Shown here one piece after another: positions 29,685-38,465 of a stretch of DNA of 64,000 nucleotides (the first letter of the stretch is position 1; every line of letters begins with the position of its first letter). The DNA is taken from assembly GCF_013912065.1 (NCBI RefSeq), contig NZ_JACESA010000017.1:835-64834 (forward strand). The letters are read 5' to 3'. This stretch comes from Brevundimonas sp. (GTDB taxonomy: Bacteria; Pseudomonadota; Alphaproteobacteria; Caulobacterales; Caulobacteraceae). Under the pieces are notes generated by a model. That model was not told the DNA's origin. It did not search any database and saw only the letters and a program-made list of their open reading frames with translations. Made by a program: the position numbers and the translations under genes.

Positions 29685-30747
29685 GGGGGTTCAGAACGGA
29701 CCGCGCCTGTCGGTGACGACGCCGCTGGAAGAGGTCGAGGCCGCCGCGGCTGCGACCGACGTCCTGGTGCTGGAGTTCGACGCCTTTCGCGACGGGCGCG
29801 GCTTCTCGCTGGCGGCGGTGCTGCGTGAGCGGGGCTATGCCGGGCGTCTGATCGCGGCGGGCAAGGTCTTGCCGGATCAGGCGCGACACCTGCGACGCTC
29901 GGGCTTCGACGCGGTGGAGCTGGCGCCGGGGGCGGACACGGCGGCCTGGGCGCGGATGGACCAGGCCTTCAGCGGATCCTATCAGCCGGCGGTCGATCCG
30001 GGGCCGACCATCTGGCAAAGGCGGCGGGCGGCGTCGAACGACCCTGATCTGCAAGCCCTGGCCGACCGGCTGAACCGCGAGACCGAAGGCAAGGACGCGT
30101 CCGAGATCCTGAAGGCGGCGCTGGACCCGGCCCTGGGGCTGAGGGTCGGCGCCATATCCTCGTTCGGGGCGGAGTCGGCGGCCCTGCTGCACATTGTCGC
30201 CGAGACGGACCGGGACGTGCCGGTGGTGTTTCTGGAGACCGGCCAGCATTTCCTCCAGACCCTGTCCTATCGCACTCAGTTGACCAAGGCCCTGGGTCTG
30301 ACCGACGTGCGGCTGGTCACGCCGGATGCGGACGAGAAGGCCAGGCTGGACGCCCGCGACGACCTGTGGCGGACCGACGCCGACGCCTGCTGCGATCTGC
30401 GCAAGGTGCGGCCGCTGGCCCGCGCGACGGTCGGGTTCAACGCCGTAATCACCGGGCGCAAACGCTATCAGGCCGCGACGCGGGCCGAGCTGAAGCCGTT
30501 CGAGGTGCTGGACGGGGTGCTGCGGATCAATCCGCTGGCCGACTGGGACGCCGATGATGTCGAAACCTGGCTGGAGGCGCACGACCTGCCGCGTCACCCC
30601 CTGGTCGAGCAGGGCTATCGCTCCATCGGCTGCTGGCCGTGCACGCGTGCGGTTCAGGATGACGAAGAGGCGCGGGCCGGACGCTGGTCGGGGATGGACA
30701 AGGTCGAGTGCGGCATCCACCTAGGGCGACGTCAGGTCGCGGCCTGA
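29668..30747 (+). CDS. cysH: Fusion of DUF934 and APS/PAPS reductase (CysH)
   Basis: N-part F..FRDGRGFS, GYAGRL, VLPDQ, RSGFD, YQPA (DUF934); C-part SSFGAES, CCDLRKV, GYRSIGCWPCT, ECGIH; no stop between them. Confidence 0.88.
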   Translation: MLQTLEGVQNGPRLSVTTPLEEVEAAAAATDVLVLEFDAFRDGRGFSLAAVLRERGYAGRLIAAGKVLPDQARHLRRSGFDAVELAPGADTAAWARMDQAFSGSYQPAVDPGPTIWQRRRAASNDPDLQALADRLNRETEGKDASEILKAALDPALGLRVGAISSFGAESAALLHIVAETDRDVPVVFLETGQHFLQTLSYRTQLTKALGLTDVRLVTPDADEKARLDARDDLWRTDADACCDLRKVRPLARATVGFNAVITGRKRYQAATRAELKPFEVLDGVLRINPLADWDADDVETWLEAHDLPRHPLVEQGYRSIGCWPCTRAVQDDEEARAGRWSGMDKVECGIHLGRRQVAA

Positions 30748-30785
30748 TCTGCCCCTTTCGTTCGACCTCGCCTGAAAGCTGAACC

Positions 30786-31784
30786 GTGTCTGTCACACCG
30801 TCCGTTATCGACCTGATCGGCCATACGCCGCTGGTCCGCCTGAACCGCCTGTCTGATGAGACGGGCTGCGAAATCCTGGGCAAGGCCGAGTTCATGAACC
30901 CCGGCGGCTCGATCAAGGACCGCGCCGCCCTGTCGATCGTTCAGGGCGCCCGTGCGTCGGGCGCGCTGAAGCCCGGCGGGACCATCGTCGAGGGCACGGC
31001 GGGCAACACCGGCATCGGCCTGGCTCTGGTCGGCGCCGCCCTGGGCCATCCGGTGGTCATCGTCATTCCCCGCACCCAGTCGGAAGAGAAGAAGTCGGCC
31101 ATCCGCTCGCTGGGCGCGCGCCTGGTCGAGGTGGACGCCGCCCCCTTCTCCAGCCCCAACCATTTCGTCCATTATTCGGGGCGTCTGGCGACCGAGCTGA
31201 ACGAGAGCGAAGAGGCTGGCGCCATTTGGGCCAATCAGTTCGACAACACCGCCAACCGCGACGCCCACTATACGACCACGGCGCCGGAAATCTGGGAGCA
31301 GACCGGTGGCAAGATCGACGCTTTCGTCTCGGCCGTCGGCTCGGGCGGCACCATCTCGGGCGTCGCCGCCTATCTGCGTGAGAAGAAGCCCGAGGTGACC
31401 ATCGCCCTGGCCGATCCGGCCGGCGCGGCCATGTTCAACTGGTTCACCAAGGGGGAGATGACGGGCGAGGGCTCGTCGATCACCGAGGGGATCGGGGTGG
31501 CGCGGATCACCGGCAACCTCGAGGGGTTCAAGCCGGATCATGCCTATCGGATCGAGGACGCCGAGTTCCTGCCCATCCTGTTCGACCTGGTGAAGCACGA
31601 AGGTCTGTCGCTGGGCGGATCGGCGGGCGTGAATATCGCCGGGGCCGTGCGGCTGGCGCGCGAGATCGGACCGGGCAAGACCATCGTCACCTGCCTGTGC
31701 GATCCGGGTTCGCGCTATGCGTCGAAGCTGTTCAATCCGGAATTCCTGACGTCCAAGGGCCTGCCGGTTCCGGAGTGGGCTTGA
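30786..31784 (+). CDS. cysK: Cysteine synthase (O-acetylserine sulfhydrylase)
   Basis: KAEFMNPGGSIKDR (PLP Lys), TAGNTG, GSGGT, TEGIG. Confidence 0.93.
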   Translation: MSVTPSVIDLIGHTPLVRLNRLSDETGCEILGKAEFMNPGGSIKDRAALSIVQGARASGALKPGGTIVEGTAGNTGIGLALVGAALGHPVVIVIPRTQSEEKKSAIRSLGARLVEVDAAPFSSPNHFVHYSGRLATELNESEEAGAIWANQFDNTANRDAHYTTTAPEIWEQTGGKIDAFVSAVGSGGTISGVAAYLREKKPEVTIALADPAGAAMFNWFTKGEMTGEGSSITEGIGVARITGNLEGFKPDHAYRIEDAEFLPILFDLVKHEGLSLGGSAGVNIAGAVRLAREIGPGKTIVTCLCDPGSRYASKLFNPEFLTSKGLPVPEWA

Positions 31785-31791
31785 AGCGCCC

Positions 31792-31941
31792 GTCTCCTCC
31801 CCGCGCAGCGGGGAGGGGGACCGCGCGAAGCGTGGTGGAGGGGTTCTGGACGCCCCACAGGCGCTGGTGATGCGGAAAGAACCCCTCCGTCACGGCGCTG
31901 AAGAAGCGCCGCGCCACCTCCCCGCGAAGCGGGGAGGAGAC
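31792..31941. repeat. 150-bp palindromic intergenic repeat (REP/RIME/MITE-like)
   Basis: 13-bp terminal inverted repeats GTCTCCTCCCCGC/GCGGGGAGGAGAC; inner IR GGAGGGGTTCT (31837-31847)/AGAACCCCTCC (31878-31888); each arm has a CCTCCCCGC-N3-GCGGGGAGG hairpin. Confidence 0.85.
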
Positions 31942-31949
31942 TTTGTCGC

Positions 31950-33737
31950 TTACTTCGCCTTCTCCTCCGCGATCCACGCATCCATACGCTGGTCCAGCAG
32001 CGCCAGCGGCAACGGCCCCTCCGTCAGCAGCGCGTCGTGGAAGGTGCGGACGTTGAACTTGGGTCCCAGTTCGCGTTCGGCCCTGGCGCGGATCTCGCGC
32101 AGGCGGATCTCGCCGATCTTGTAGGCCGTGGCCTGGCCCGGCCAGCCGATGTAGCGCTGAAGCTCGGTTTCGATATTGTGGGGCGCCAGGGCCGAGTTGT
32201 CGCGGAAACAGGCGCGGGCCTGTTCCTCACTCCAGCCCATCCAGTGCAGCCCGGTGTCGGCCACCAGACGGCAGGCGCGCCACATTTCGTAGGACAGCCG
32301 CCCGAACCGCTCATACGGCGTGCGATAGAAGCCCATCTCCTCGCCCAGATATTCGGCATAGAGGCCCCACCCCTCGGTGAAGGCGGTGACATTGGCCTGG
32401 CGACGGAAATAGGGCTGGCCTTCGGCTTCCTGTTGCAGGGCGATCTGCAGGTGGTGGCCGGGAACCGCCTCGTGCAGGGTCAGGGCCGGCAGTTCGTACA
32501 GAGGCCGCTGGTCCAGTTTCGACGTGTTGACGACATAGTGGCCGGCGACGCCGTTCTGCATCGAACCGCCGTTATAACGGCCGGTGGTGTAGTTTTCCTC
32601 GATCTGGGGCGGGACCGGCTGAACATCATAGGTCAGGCGGGGCAGGGTGGCGAACAGGGGCGGCAGGCCGCCGTCCGCGCGCTTGGCCATTTCCGACGCC
32701 TTCTCCAACAGCTGCTCTCGGCTCGTGGCGTAGAATTGCGGGTCGGTGCGCAGGAAGGTCAGGAAGCCGGCGAAGTCGCCGGTCCAGCCCGCGGCCTTCA
32801 TCTCCACATCCATGCGGGCGCGGATGCGGGCGACCTCGTCGAGGCCGATCTGGTGGATCTGGTCCGGCGTCAGGTCGGTGGTGGTGTGGCCGCGCACCAG
32901 ATAGGCGTAGATGTCCTTGCCGCCCGGACGGTTGCCCAGGCCGGGCTCGACCGGCGTATGGGGCAGGTATTCGGTCGCGAGGAAGTCCAGCCAGGCCTGC
33001 CGAGCCGGGACGATGGTCGCGGCGATCGCGCTAGAGGCGTCGGCCTTCAACCGCTCCCGCTCGGTCTGGGACACGTTAGAGGGCAGGGTGGAAAAGGGTT
33101 TCAGCAGGGGCTCGGCGTCCGGCGTGATCGCCACGTCGTTGCGGGCGCCGGCCAGGGCGCTCTCTGTCACCGAGCGAGCCTGAACCAGGCCGGTCGCCAG
33201 CCCGCGCCGGGCGTTGGTCGTGGTCTGGGCGTAGATGTCGCCGAAGCCCCGTATGCGGCGGATGTAGGCCTCGGCCTCCGCCACCGAGTTCAGGCGCGTG
33301 CCGCCGCCGATATAAAGGGCCCATGTCCCCGGTCCGCCCTCGCTGTCGAACGCCAGACGCGAGGTGTCGTAGTCCAATCCTTCCAGGCCGCGGTTCAGGC
33401 TGTACAGCAGGAAGGCATGGTTGATGCCGCCGCCGTGGGAAAGACCTGCCGGGTCTATCGCCTGGAGCCGAGCTACAAAGGCCTCAAGCGGCGCGCGCTG
33501 GGCCAGTTCGAATTCGCGCGAGAGGTCCGGCACGCGGCCCATGGCCTCCACGTCGCCTTCACCGCCGGCTGAGAAGGGGTCGATCGACTTCAGATAGGTT
33601 TCGTAGTCCGCGATCACGGCGTCGAGGGCCGCTTGCGCCGGTGCGGGCGCGACGGCCGTCGGCGACGTCTGGGCGACGACCGCCGACGGCGCGGCCACGG
33701 CCAGAACAGCCGCGATGGCCAGATAGGAAATATTCAT
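31950..33737 (-). CDS. DUF885 family exported protein (putative metallopeptidase)
   Basis: Signal peptide from MNISYL; HEAVPGHHLQ, EGWGLYAE, E..RY..WPGQATAYKIG. Confidence 0.9.
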   Translation of the reverse strand: MNISYLAIAAVLAVAAPSAVVAQTSPTAVAPAPAQAALDAVIADYETYLKSIDPFSAGGEGDVEAMGRVPDLSREFELAQRAPLEAFVARLQAIDPAGLSHGGGINHAFLLYSLNRGLEGLDYDTSRLAFDSEGGPGTWALYIGGGTRLNSVAEAEAYIRRIRGFGDIYAQTTTNARRGLATGLVQARSVTESALAGARNDVAITPDAEPLLKPFSTLPSNVSQTERERLKADASSAIAATIVPARQAWLDFLATEYLPHTPVEPGLGNRPGGKDIYAYLVRGHTTTDLTPDQIHQIGLDEVARIRARMDVEMKAAGWTGDFAGFLTFLRTDPQFYATSREQLLEKASEMAKRADGGLPPLFATLPRLTYDVQPVPPQIEENYTTGRYNGGSMQNGVAGHYVVNTSKLDQRPLYELPALTLHEAVPGHHLQIALQQEAEGQPYFRRQANVTAFTEGWGLYAEYLGEEMGFYRTPYERFGRLSYEMWRACRLVADTGLHWMGWSEEQARACFRDNSALAPHNIETELQRYIGWPGQATAYKIGEIRLREIRARAERELGPKFNVRTFHDALLTEGPLPLALLDQRMDAWIAEEKAK

Positions 33738-33798
33738 GAGCCCCCTCCAAGAGATCCGCAGGCAAGCGGACCGGGAGGAGGCCGTCAAGTCGCCGCGA

Positions 33799-34293
33799 TC
33801 AGTCGCAGGCGACGAAGAAGCGTTCGATATCGGCCCGGGATTGCGGATGGGCGGCGTACGCCCGGCGTTCCTCGCCTTCCCAGAGGGCGATCCAGCCCAA
33901 GCGGCGGAAGCGCTGGAAGACGGGATCCTTGGTGCGGGCCTGAGCCTCGGCATAGTGGCCCGACGTAAGGCCGGCGGGTTCCGACACGGCCGGATAGGTT
34001 TCCATGTCGCCGCCGGATTCCAGACGCAAGCGCGACGTGGGCTTGTCCAGCACCGCGGCGAGATCGAGCACGCCCGACGCCGTGGAACAGGACAGTTTCA
34101 GCTTCACCTCGTCGCTGTTGGCGAGACCATAGGTAAGGCTGTTCTCTCGGGGCTCCTGATGCAGAAACCAGTCATAGCCCGCGACCGGAGCCGGGCTCAG
34201 GCCCGCCGGCGGCGCGGAGACCGGGGCGGGGGTGGCGCATGCGGCGAGCGCCGACAGGGCCAGCAGGGGCGGGAAGAGCTTCAGCAGACGCAT
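33799..34293 (-). CDS. Hypothetical lipoprotein, paralog A of tandem triplet
   Basis: Lipobox LAAC; W..., LTYGLANSD, LSC, DPVF..F...G.I, C-terminal FFVAC. Confidence 0.8.
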   Translation of the reverse strand: MRLLKLFPPLLALSALAACATPAPVSAPPAGLSPAPVAGYDWFLHQEPRENSLTYGLANSDEVKLKLSCSTASGVLDLAAVLDKPTSRLRLESGGDMETYPAVSEPAGLTSGHYAEAQARTKDPVFQRFRRLGWIALWEGEERRAYAAHPQSRADIERFFVACD

Positions 34294-34305
34294 GGATCGA
34301 GACTC

Positions 34306-34755
34306 CTATCCAGAGCAACGGTCGGCGAATCGTCGAAGCTTGGCAAGATGAGGCCGTTCGACCTTGACCGCGCCGGTCCGTTCCCCCGTCATGATCGATA
34401 TGTCGCCGGAACCGACGAAGGCCGCGAACAGGGGATGGTCGGTGCGCAGGGTAACTTCCACCCGTCCGCCCCTGCCTATGCGGGCCTCACTGGTCGCCGA
34501 GGCGCCGCCGGAAGTCAGGCGCGCAAAGCCAGACCGGGGCGTGGGCTCCGCGTGGGCGTCATATATGGTGATGTCCACCAGGCTTGATTGGGCGTCGCAC
34601 TGAAGCGTCGCGCGGAGGTTCGGGGTGTCGGGAATTTCATTGGCCAGGACGACCGGGCCCTCGCCGTCATACAGCGTCCAGGTCCAGGCCGGCGTAGCCT
34701 GCGGGCCGGCCGCCTGAGCGCCGAGCGCCAGCGCGGCCGCGAGAATGAGGTTCAT
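34306..34755 (-). CDS. Hypothetical exported protein, paralog B of tandem triplet
   Basis: Signal peptide; WTL, LQC, DHPLFAAF..SG.I, C-terminal FADRC. Confidence 0.75.
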   Translation of the reverse strand: MNLILAAALALGAQAAGPQATPAWTWTLYDGEGPVVLANEIPDTPNLRATLQCDAQSSLVDITIYDAHAEPTPRSGFARLTSGGASATSEARIGRGGRVEVTLRTDHPLFAAFVGSGDISIMTGERTGAVKVERPHLAKLRRFADRCSG

Positions 34756-34805
34756 CGATCAGCCCCGCCGACAGCGGACGCACGGCGCGCCCCCGTCTCA
34801 TTTCG

Positions 34806-35288
34806 TCAAGCGCGCGACGATCCGCAATAGGCAAGAAAGCCCGCGATCATTCGCCGCTCGGCGGAGGTGGCGCTGAGATTGAACCGTCCTGCTTCGCCCT
34901 GGACCAGCATCGAGCCCCGGGAAGCCAGCCCCGTCAGGCTCGCGTCATGTAGGGAAAGGCGGGTCTCGACCGCGTCTCCGCCGCTCATGGGATCGAGCGG
35001 GGCGGGTCCCTGAGAGGCCGCGATCAGGCGCGCCGAGGCCGGTTGAACGTCGCCGTAGACGACTGCGGTCGAATCGCCCGGCGAGCAGGTGACCATCAGG
35101 GCCAGTTGATCGGAGTTGGCGACGCCGTAGGCCAGTTTGGCCATCGACGCCTCGTGGCTGAGATGCCACGCCATAGCCGGGGCCTCGGACGCCGCCTGCA
35201 TCGGCATGACCGAGTCGAGCGGCTGGGTCCTGGCGGCGAAGGCGACCAGGGCGATTGAGGCGGCGGCGGGAATCAGAACCTTGAACAT
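34806..35288 (-). CDS. Hypothetical exported protein, paralog C of tandem triplet
   Basis: Signal peptide from MFKVL; WHL, LAYGVANSD, VTC, C-terminal FLAYC. Confidence 0.75.
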   Translation of the reverse strand: MFKVLIPAAASIALVAFAARTQPLDSVMPMQAASEAPAMAWHLSHEASMAKLAYGVANSDQLALMVTCSPGDSTAVVYGDVQPASARLIAASQGPAPLDPMSGGDAVETRLSLHDASLTGLASRGSMLVQGEAGRFNLSATSAERRMIAGFLAYCGSSRA

Positions 35289-35390
35289 GTCGGTACTCGC
35301 GTCTGACTGGCAAACGCGGGTACGCATTAACGGTTCACGGCTCCGCTTTAACGATTACGGTCTGTGGCGCTCCTGCATCAGGTGTGTTGC

Positions 35391-36125
35391 CTAGAAGGGG
35401 CTGAAGCGCTCAACCAGGCTTTGTGCGGCCGGGGTGGCCTGCATCCGGCTGATGTCGCCGCGGCCGCCGTAGGAGATGCGGGCTTCGGCGATTTGGGCGT
35501 GGTCGATCGAATTGGCCGACGAGATGTCCTCGGGCCTCACGATGCCGGCGACGGTCAGTTCGCGGACCTCGCGATTGGTGCGCACTTCCTGCCGACCCTG
35601 GATCACCATATTGCCGTTGGCCAGTACCTCGGTGACGACGGCGGCGATCGTGAGGGAGACTTTTTCCGATCGGGTCACCGAACCGGAGCCCGAGGCGTTG
35701 GATTCGCCTTCCAGCCCAACCATGCTGGCGGGGTCGAAACCGCCGGGGAAGGCGCGGCCCAGGCTGTTCTCCAGGCCGAAGAAGTTCGTGACCCCGGTCG
35801 ACGAATCGTTCGAGCGGGCCCTTTGCGTCGAGTTCTGGGTCTGGGCGCTGTCGTCAATGTCGATCTTGACGGTCAGAATGTCGCCGACGCGCCGCGCGCG
35901 CTGGTCGCCGAAGAAGGTGCGGGCGCCGACGCGCCACAGACTGTTGGCGCTGGCCGGCGTCGCTTCCGTTCGCTGGGACGGAGCGGCCATATAGGCCTGC
36001 TGGACCGGCACCAGGGCGGCGGGATAGCCGATGGGCGCCAGTTGCGGGCCGCGTACGGCCTCGACTGCGGTCGAACAGGCGCCGAGAGACGCGGCGGCGG
36101 CGGCGATGAGCAGGGTTTTACGCAT
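35391..36125 (-). CDS. flgH: Flagellar L-ring protein
   Basis: Lipobox LGAC; FFGDQRARRVGDILTV, ARISYGGRG. Confidence 0.96.
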   Translation of the reverse strand: MRKTLLIAAAAASLGACSTAVEAVRGPQLAPIGYPAALVPVQQAYMAAPSQRTEATPASANSLWRVGARTFFGDQRARRVGDILTVKIDIDDSAQTQNSTQRARSNDSSTGVTNFFGLENSLGRAFPGGFDPASMVGLEGESNASGSGSVTRSEKVSLTIAAVVTEVLANGNMVIQGRQEVRTNREVRELTVAGIVRPEDISSANSIDHAQIAEARISYGGRGDISRMQATPAAQSLVERFSPF

Positions 36126-36137
36126 GACTGGATTTCC

Positions 36138-36740
36138 CTAGCGAGCGGCGAACTGTTGGGGGTCGGCGCGGGCGATTTCGGCGGCCGGACCGGCGACCGC
36201 CTGTCCCGGACCGGACGCGACGGCGTCGATGACGCGGTTGGAGTTGGTGTTGAGCACGGCGACGGGTTCGCCCAGGTTGGCGTTGCGCATGGCCTTGCCC
36301 ATCACGCTCAGATTGACGCCGCCGACCTGATAGGTGACGCGCACCATGTCGTTGCGGGCGATGACCTGTTGGGCGGCGCCGACGGGGCGAGAGATCGCGC
36401 GGGGCTGGACGGCCGGGGCCTCGACGCGGGTCACGGCCTCGACCGGCCCGGTCGAGCGACGAACGGCGACGCGCCGCAGGCCGGTGGGATTATCCCAGTC
36501 CAGCCCGGCTTGGCGGGCCTGGGCCTGGAGCTGGCGAGCCTCCAGCACGACCGAAGGCCCGACACGCCGGGCCACCACGACCCCGGCCGCGGAGCCCGCG
36601 CCGTCGAAGATGTCGCCCAGGGTGACGTCGCCGTCGTCGTCGACTGGGTTCGACTTCAGCGAGACGGGCGCAGCCATGGCGGCGCCGGCGAAGGCGCAGA
36701 AGGCGGCGGCGAGGAAGAGTGTGCGGCGGATCGCGGTCAT
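36138..36740 (-). CDS. flgA: Flagellar P-ring formation chaperone
   Basis: VTLGDIF, VIARNDMV, GKA..NA..GEPV.V.N..S.R; position between flgG and flgH. Confidence 0.88.
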   Translation of the reverse strand: MTAIRRTLFLAAAFCAFAGAAMAAPVSLKSNPVDDDGDVTLGDIFDGAGSAAGVVVARRVGPSVVLEARQLQAQARQAGLDWDNPTGLRRVAVRRSTGPVEAVTRVEAPAVQPRAISRPVGAAQQVIARNDMVRVTYQVGGVNLSVMGKAMRNANLGEPVAVLNTNSNRVIDAVASGPGQAVAGPAAEIARADPQQFAAR

Positions 36741-36743
36741 GGC

Positions 36744-37532
36744 TTAGCCTTTCACCTGGGCGGTCACCGACAGCATCTCGTCGGCGGTGGAGATGACCTT
36801 CGAGTTCATCTCATAGGCGCGCTGGGCGATGATCAGCGCACTGATCTCGGCCACGGAATCGACGTTCGAGGCTTCGGTATAGCCCTGCATGATCTGGCCG
36901 AAGCCGACGTCGCCCGGCGTGCCGACATTGGCGGCGCCGGATGCGGCGGTCTCCAGCAGCAGGTTATCGCCGATGGCCTCCAGGCCGGCCTCGTTGAAGA
37001 AGGTGGCCAGTTCGATCTGACCGACCGTGGTCGGCGCGGTCTGTCCAGCCTGGGTCACCTGCACCAGACCCGACTTGGAGATGGTGACGTCGGTGGCGTC
37101 CTGGGGGATGGTGATGGCCGGTTCCAGCGCATAGCCATCGTCGGTGACGATCTGGCCTTCCTGGTTGACCTGCAGGTTGCCGGCGCGGGTATAGCCGATC
37201 TCGCCCGAGGGCAGGGTGATCTGGAAATAGCCCTTGCCGTCGATGGCCATGTCGTAGTCGTTGCCGGTCTGCTGCGGCGTACCCTGTTCGGTCACGCGAT
37301 AGACGGCTCCAGCCTTGACGCCCGCGCCGATCTGGATGCCGGTGGGGACGACGGTGCCCTGGCTGGACGACTGCGCGCCCATCCGTTCGACGTTCTGATA
37401 GAGCAAGTCCTGGAACTCGGCGCGCTGCTTCTTGAAGCCCACCGTGTTCATGTTGGCGATGTTATTGGAGATGACCTCCACGTTCAGCTGCTGGGCGGCC
37501 ATGCCCGAGGCTGCGGTTCTGAGCGCGCGCAT
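36744..37532 (-). CDS. flgG: Flagellar distal rod protein
   Basis: ISNNIANMNTVGFK, DLLYQ, YTRAG, LETAASG, SNV...EI..LI.AQRAYE. Confidence 0.97.
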   Translation of the reverse strand: MRALRTAASGMAAQQLNVEVISNNIANMNTVGFKKQRAEFQDLLYQNVERMGAQSSSQGTVVPTGIQIGAGVKAGAVYRVTEQGTPQQTGNDYDMAIDGKGYFQITLPSGEIGYTRAGNLQVNQEGQIVTDDGYALEPAITIPQDATDVTISKSGLVQVTQAGQTAPTTVGQIELATFFNEAGLEAIGDNLLLETAASGAANVGTPGDVGFGQIMQGYTEASNVDSVAEISALIIAQRAYEMNSKVISTADEMLSVTAQVKG

Positions 37533-37546
37533 GTCCGGGGCTCCCT

Positions 37547-38287
37547 TTACGCGGCCTTGCCGAGGCGCTCGACGGCGCGACGGCTCAGGTCGTTGGTGTT
37601 CTCGATCATCCGCGTGACGCTCTCATAGGCGCGGCTGATCTCGATGAGATTGGTGATTTCCATCAGCGGGTTGACGTTCGACGCCTCCAGCGAGCCCTGA
37701 TGGATCTGGGCGTCGTTCGCCTCGACCGGCTGGACGTTGGAGCCGTTGCGATAAAGGCCGTCGCCGCCCTTTTCGAGCACGCCGAGCGTATCGAACCGAA
37801 CGACGGACAGGCGGCCGGTGATCTGGCCGTCCTGAGTGATGGTTCCGTCGGCGCCGACCGAAACCGGGCCGAGGTTCGGGTCGAGCACGATCTCGGCCCC
37901 GCCGCCCAGCACGGCCTGGCCCTGTTTGGTGGTCAGGCGACCTTCCGGAGCCATGGTGAAGGCGCCGTCGCGGGTGTAGGCTTCGCCTGCGGCCCCGTCG
38001 CGCACCGTGAAGAAGGCGCCTTCGCCGGCGATGGCGAAATCCAGGACGCGGCCGGTCTCGGACATCGATCCCTGGCCGAAATCGCGGCCGACGCCGTTGT
38101 CCATCACGAAACTGGCCGAAGGGCGGATGGCGTCGTTGCGGGCGCGCTTGCCCACCTCGGCGCTGACCATCAGCTGCTCGACCTTGAAGCCGGTGGTGTC
38201 GGCGTTGGCGACGTTGTTGGCCACGATGTCGAGCTCGCGGCGCAGCGTCATCTGACGGGACAATCCGATATAGGCGGCGTTTTCCAC
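37547..38287 (-). CDS. flgF: Flagellar proximal rod protein
   Basis: ANNVANADTTGFK, YTRDGAF, LEASNVN. Confidence 0.95.
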   Translation of the reverse strand: MENAAYIGLSRQMTLRRELDIVANNVANADTTGFKVEQLMVSAEVGKRARNDAIRPSASFVMDNGVGRDFGQGSMSETGRVLDFAIAGEGAFFTVRDGAAGEAYTRDGAFTMAPEGRLTTKQGQAVLGGGAEIVLDPNLGPVSVGADGTITQDGQITGRLSVVRFDTLGVLEKGGDGLYRNGSNVQPVEANDAQIHQGSLEASNVNPLMEITNLIEISRAYESVTRMIENTNDLSRRAVERLGKAA

Positions 38288-38317
38288 GGGTGGCGTGCTC
38301 CTTCGCCCTTCCCCCTC

Positions 38318-38332
38318 GCAACAGGCGTGCCA
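38318..38332 (-). promoter_or_regulatory. sigma54 -24/-12 promoter of flgFGAH
   Basis: TGGCAC-GCCTG-TTGC on the minus strand, exact consensus spacing. Confidence 0.85.
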
Positions 38333-38384
38333 ACAGGGTTAATCTAGGCGGGGCAGCGGTTTCAGGGTTTTGGACGTCGGCTCG

Positions 38385-38401
38385 CCCGGCAAAATCTGCC
38401 G
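38385..38401. promoter_or_regulatory. ftr-like enhancer (FlbD site)
   Basis: CCCGGCAAAATCTGCCG with CGGCA-N5-TGCCG dyad, about 53 bp upstream of the sigma54 -24 box. Confidence 0.7.
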
Positions 38402-38405
38402 TTTG

Positions 38406-38421
38406 TAAACGGGGCGTTAAC
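38406..38421 (+). promoter_or_regulatory. CtrA-type site of class II fliL promoter
   Basis: TAAA-N7-TTAAC, one mismatch to TTAA-N7-TTAAC. Confidence 0.7.
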
Positions 38422-38465
38422 CAAGCTCGGTCGATCTTCCCCATCAGAATCTCCGGGGCGAGCGC

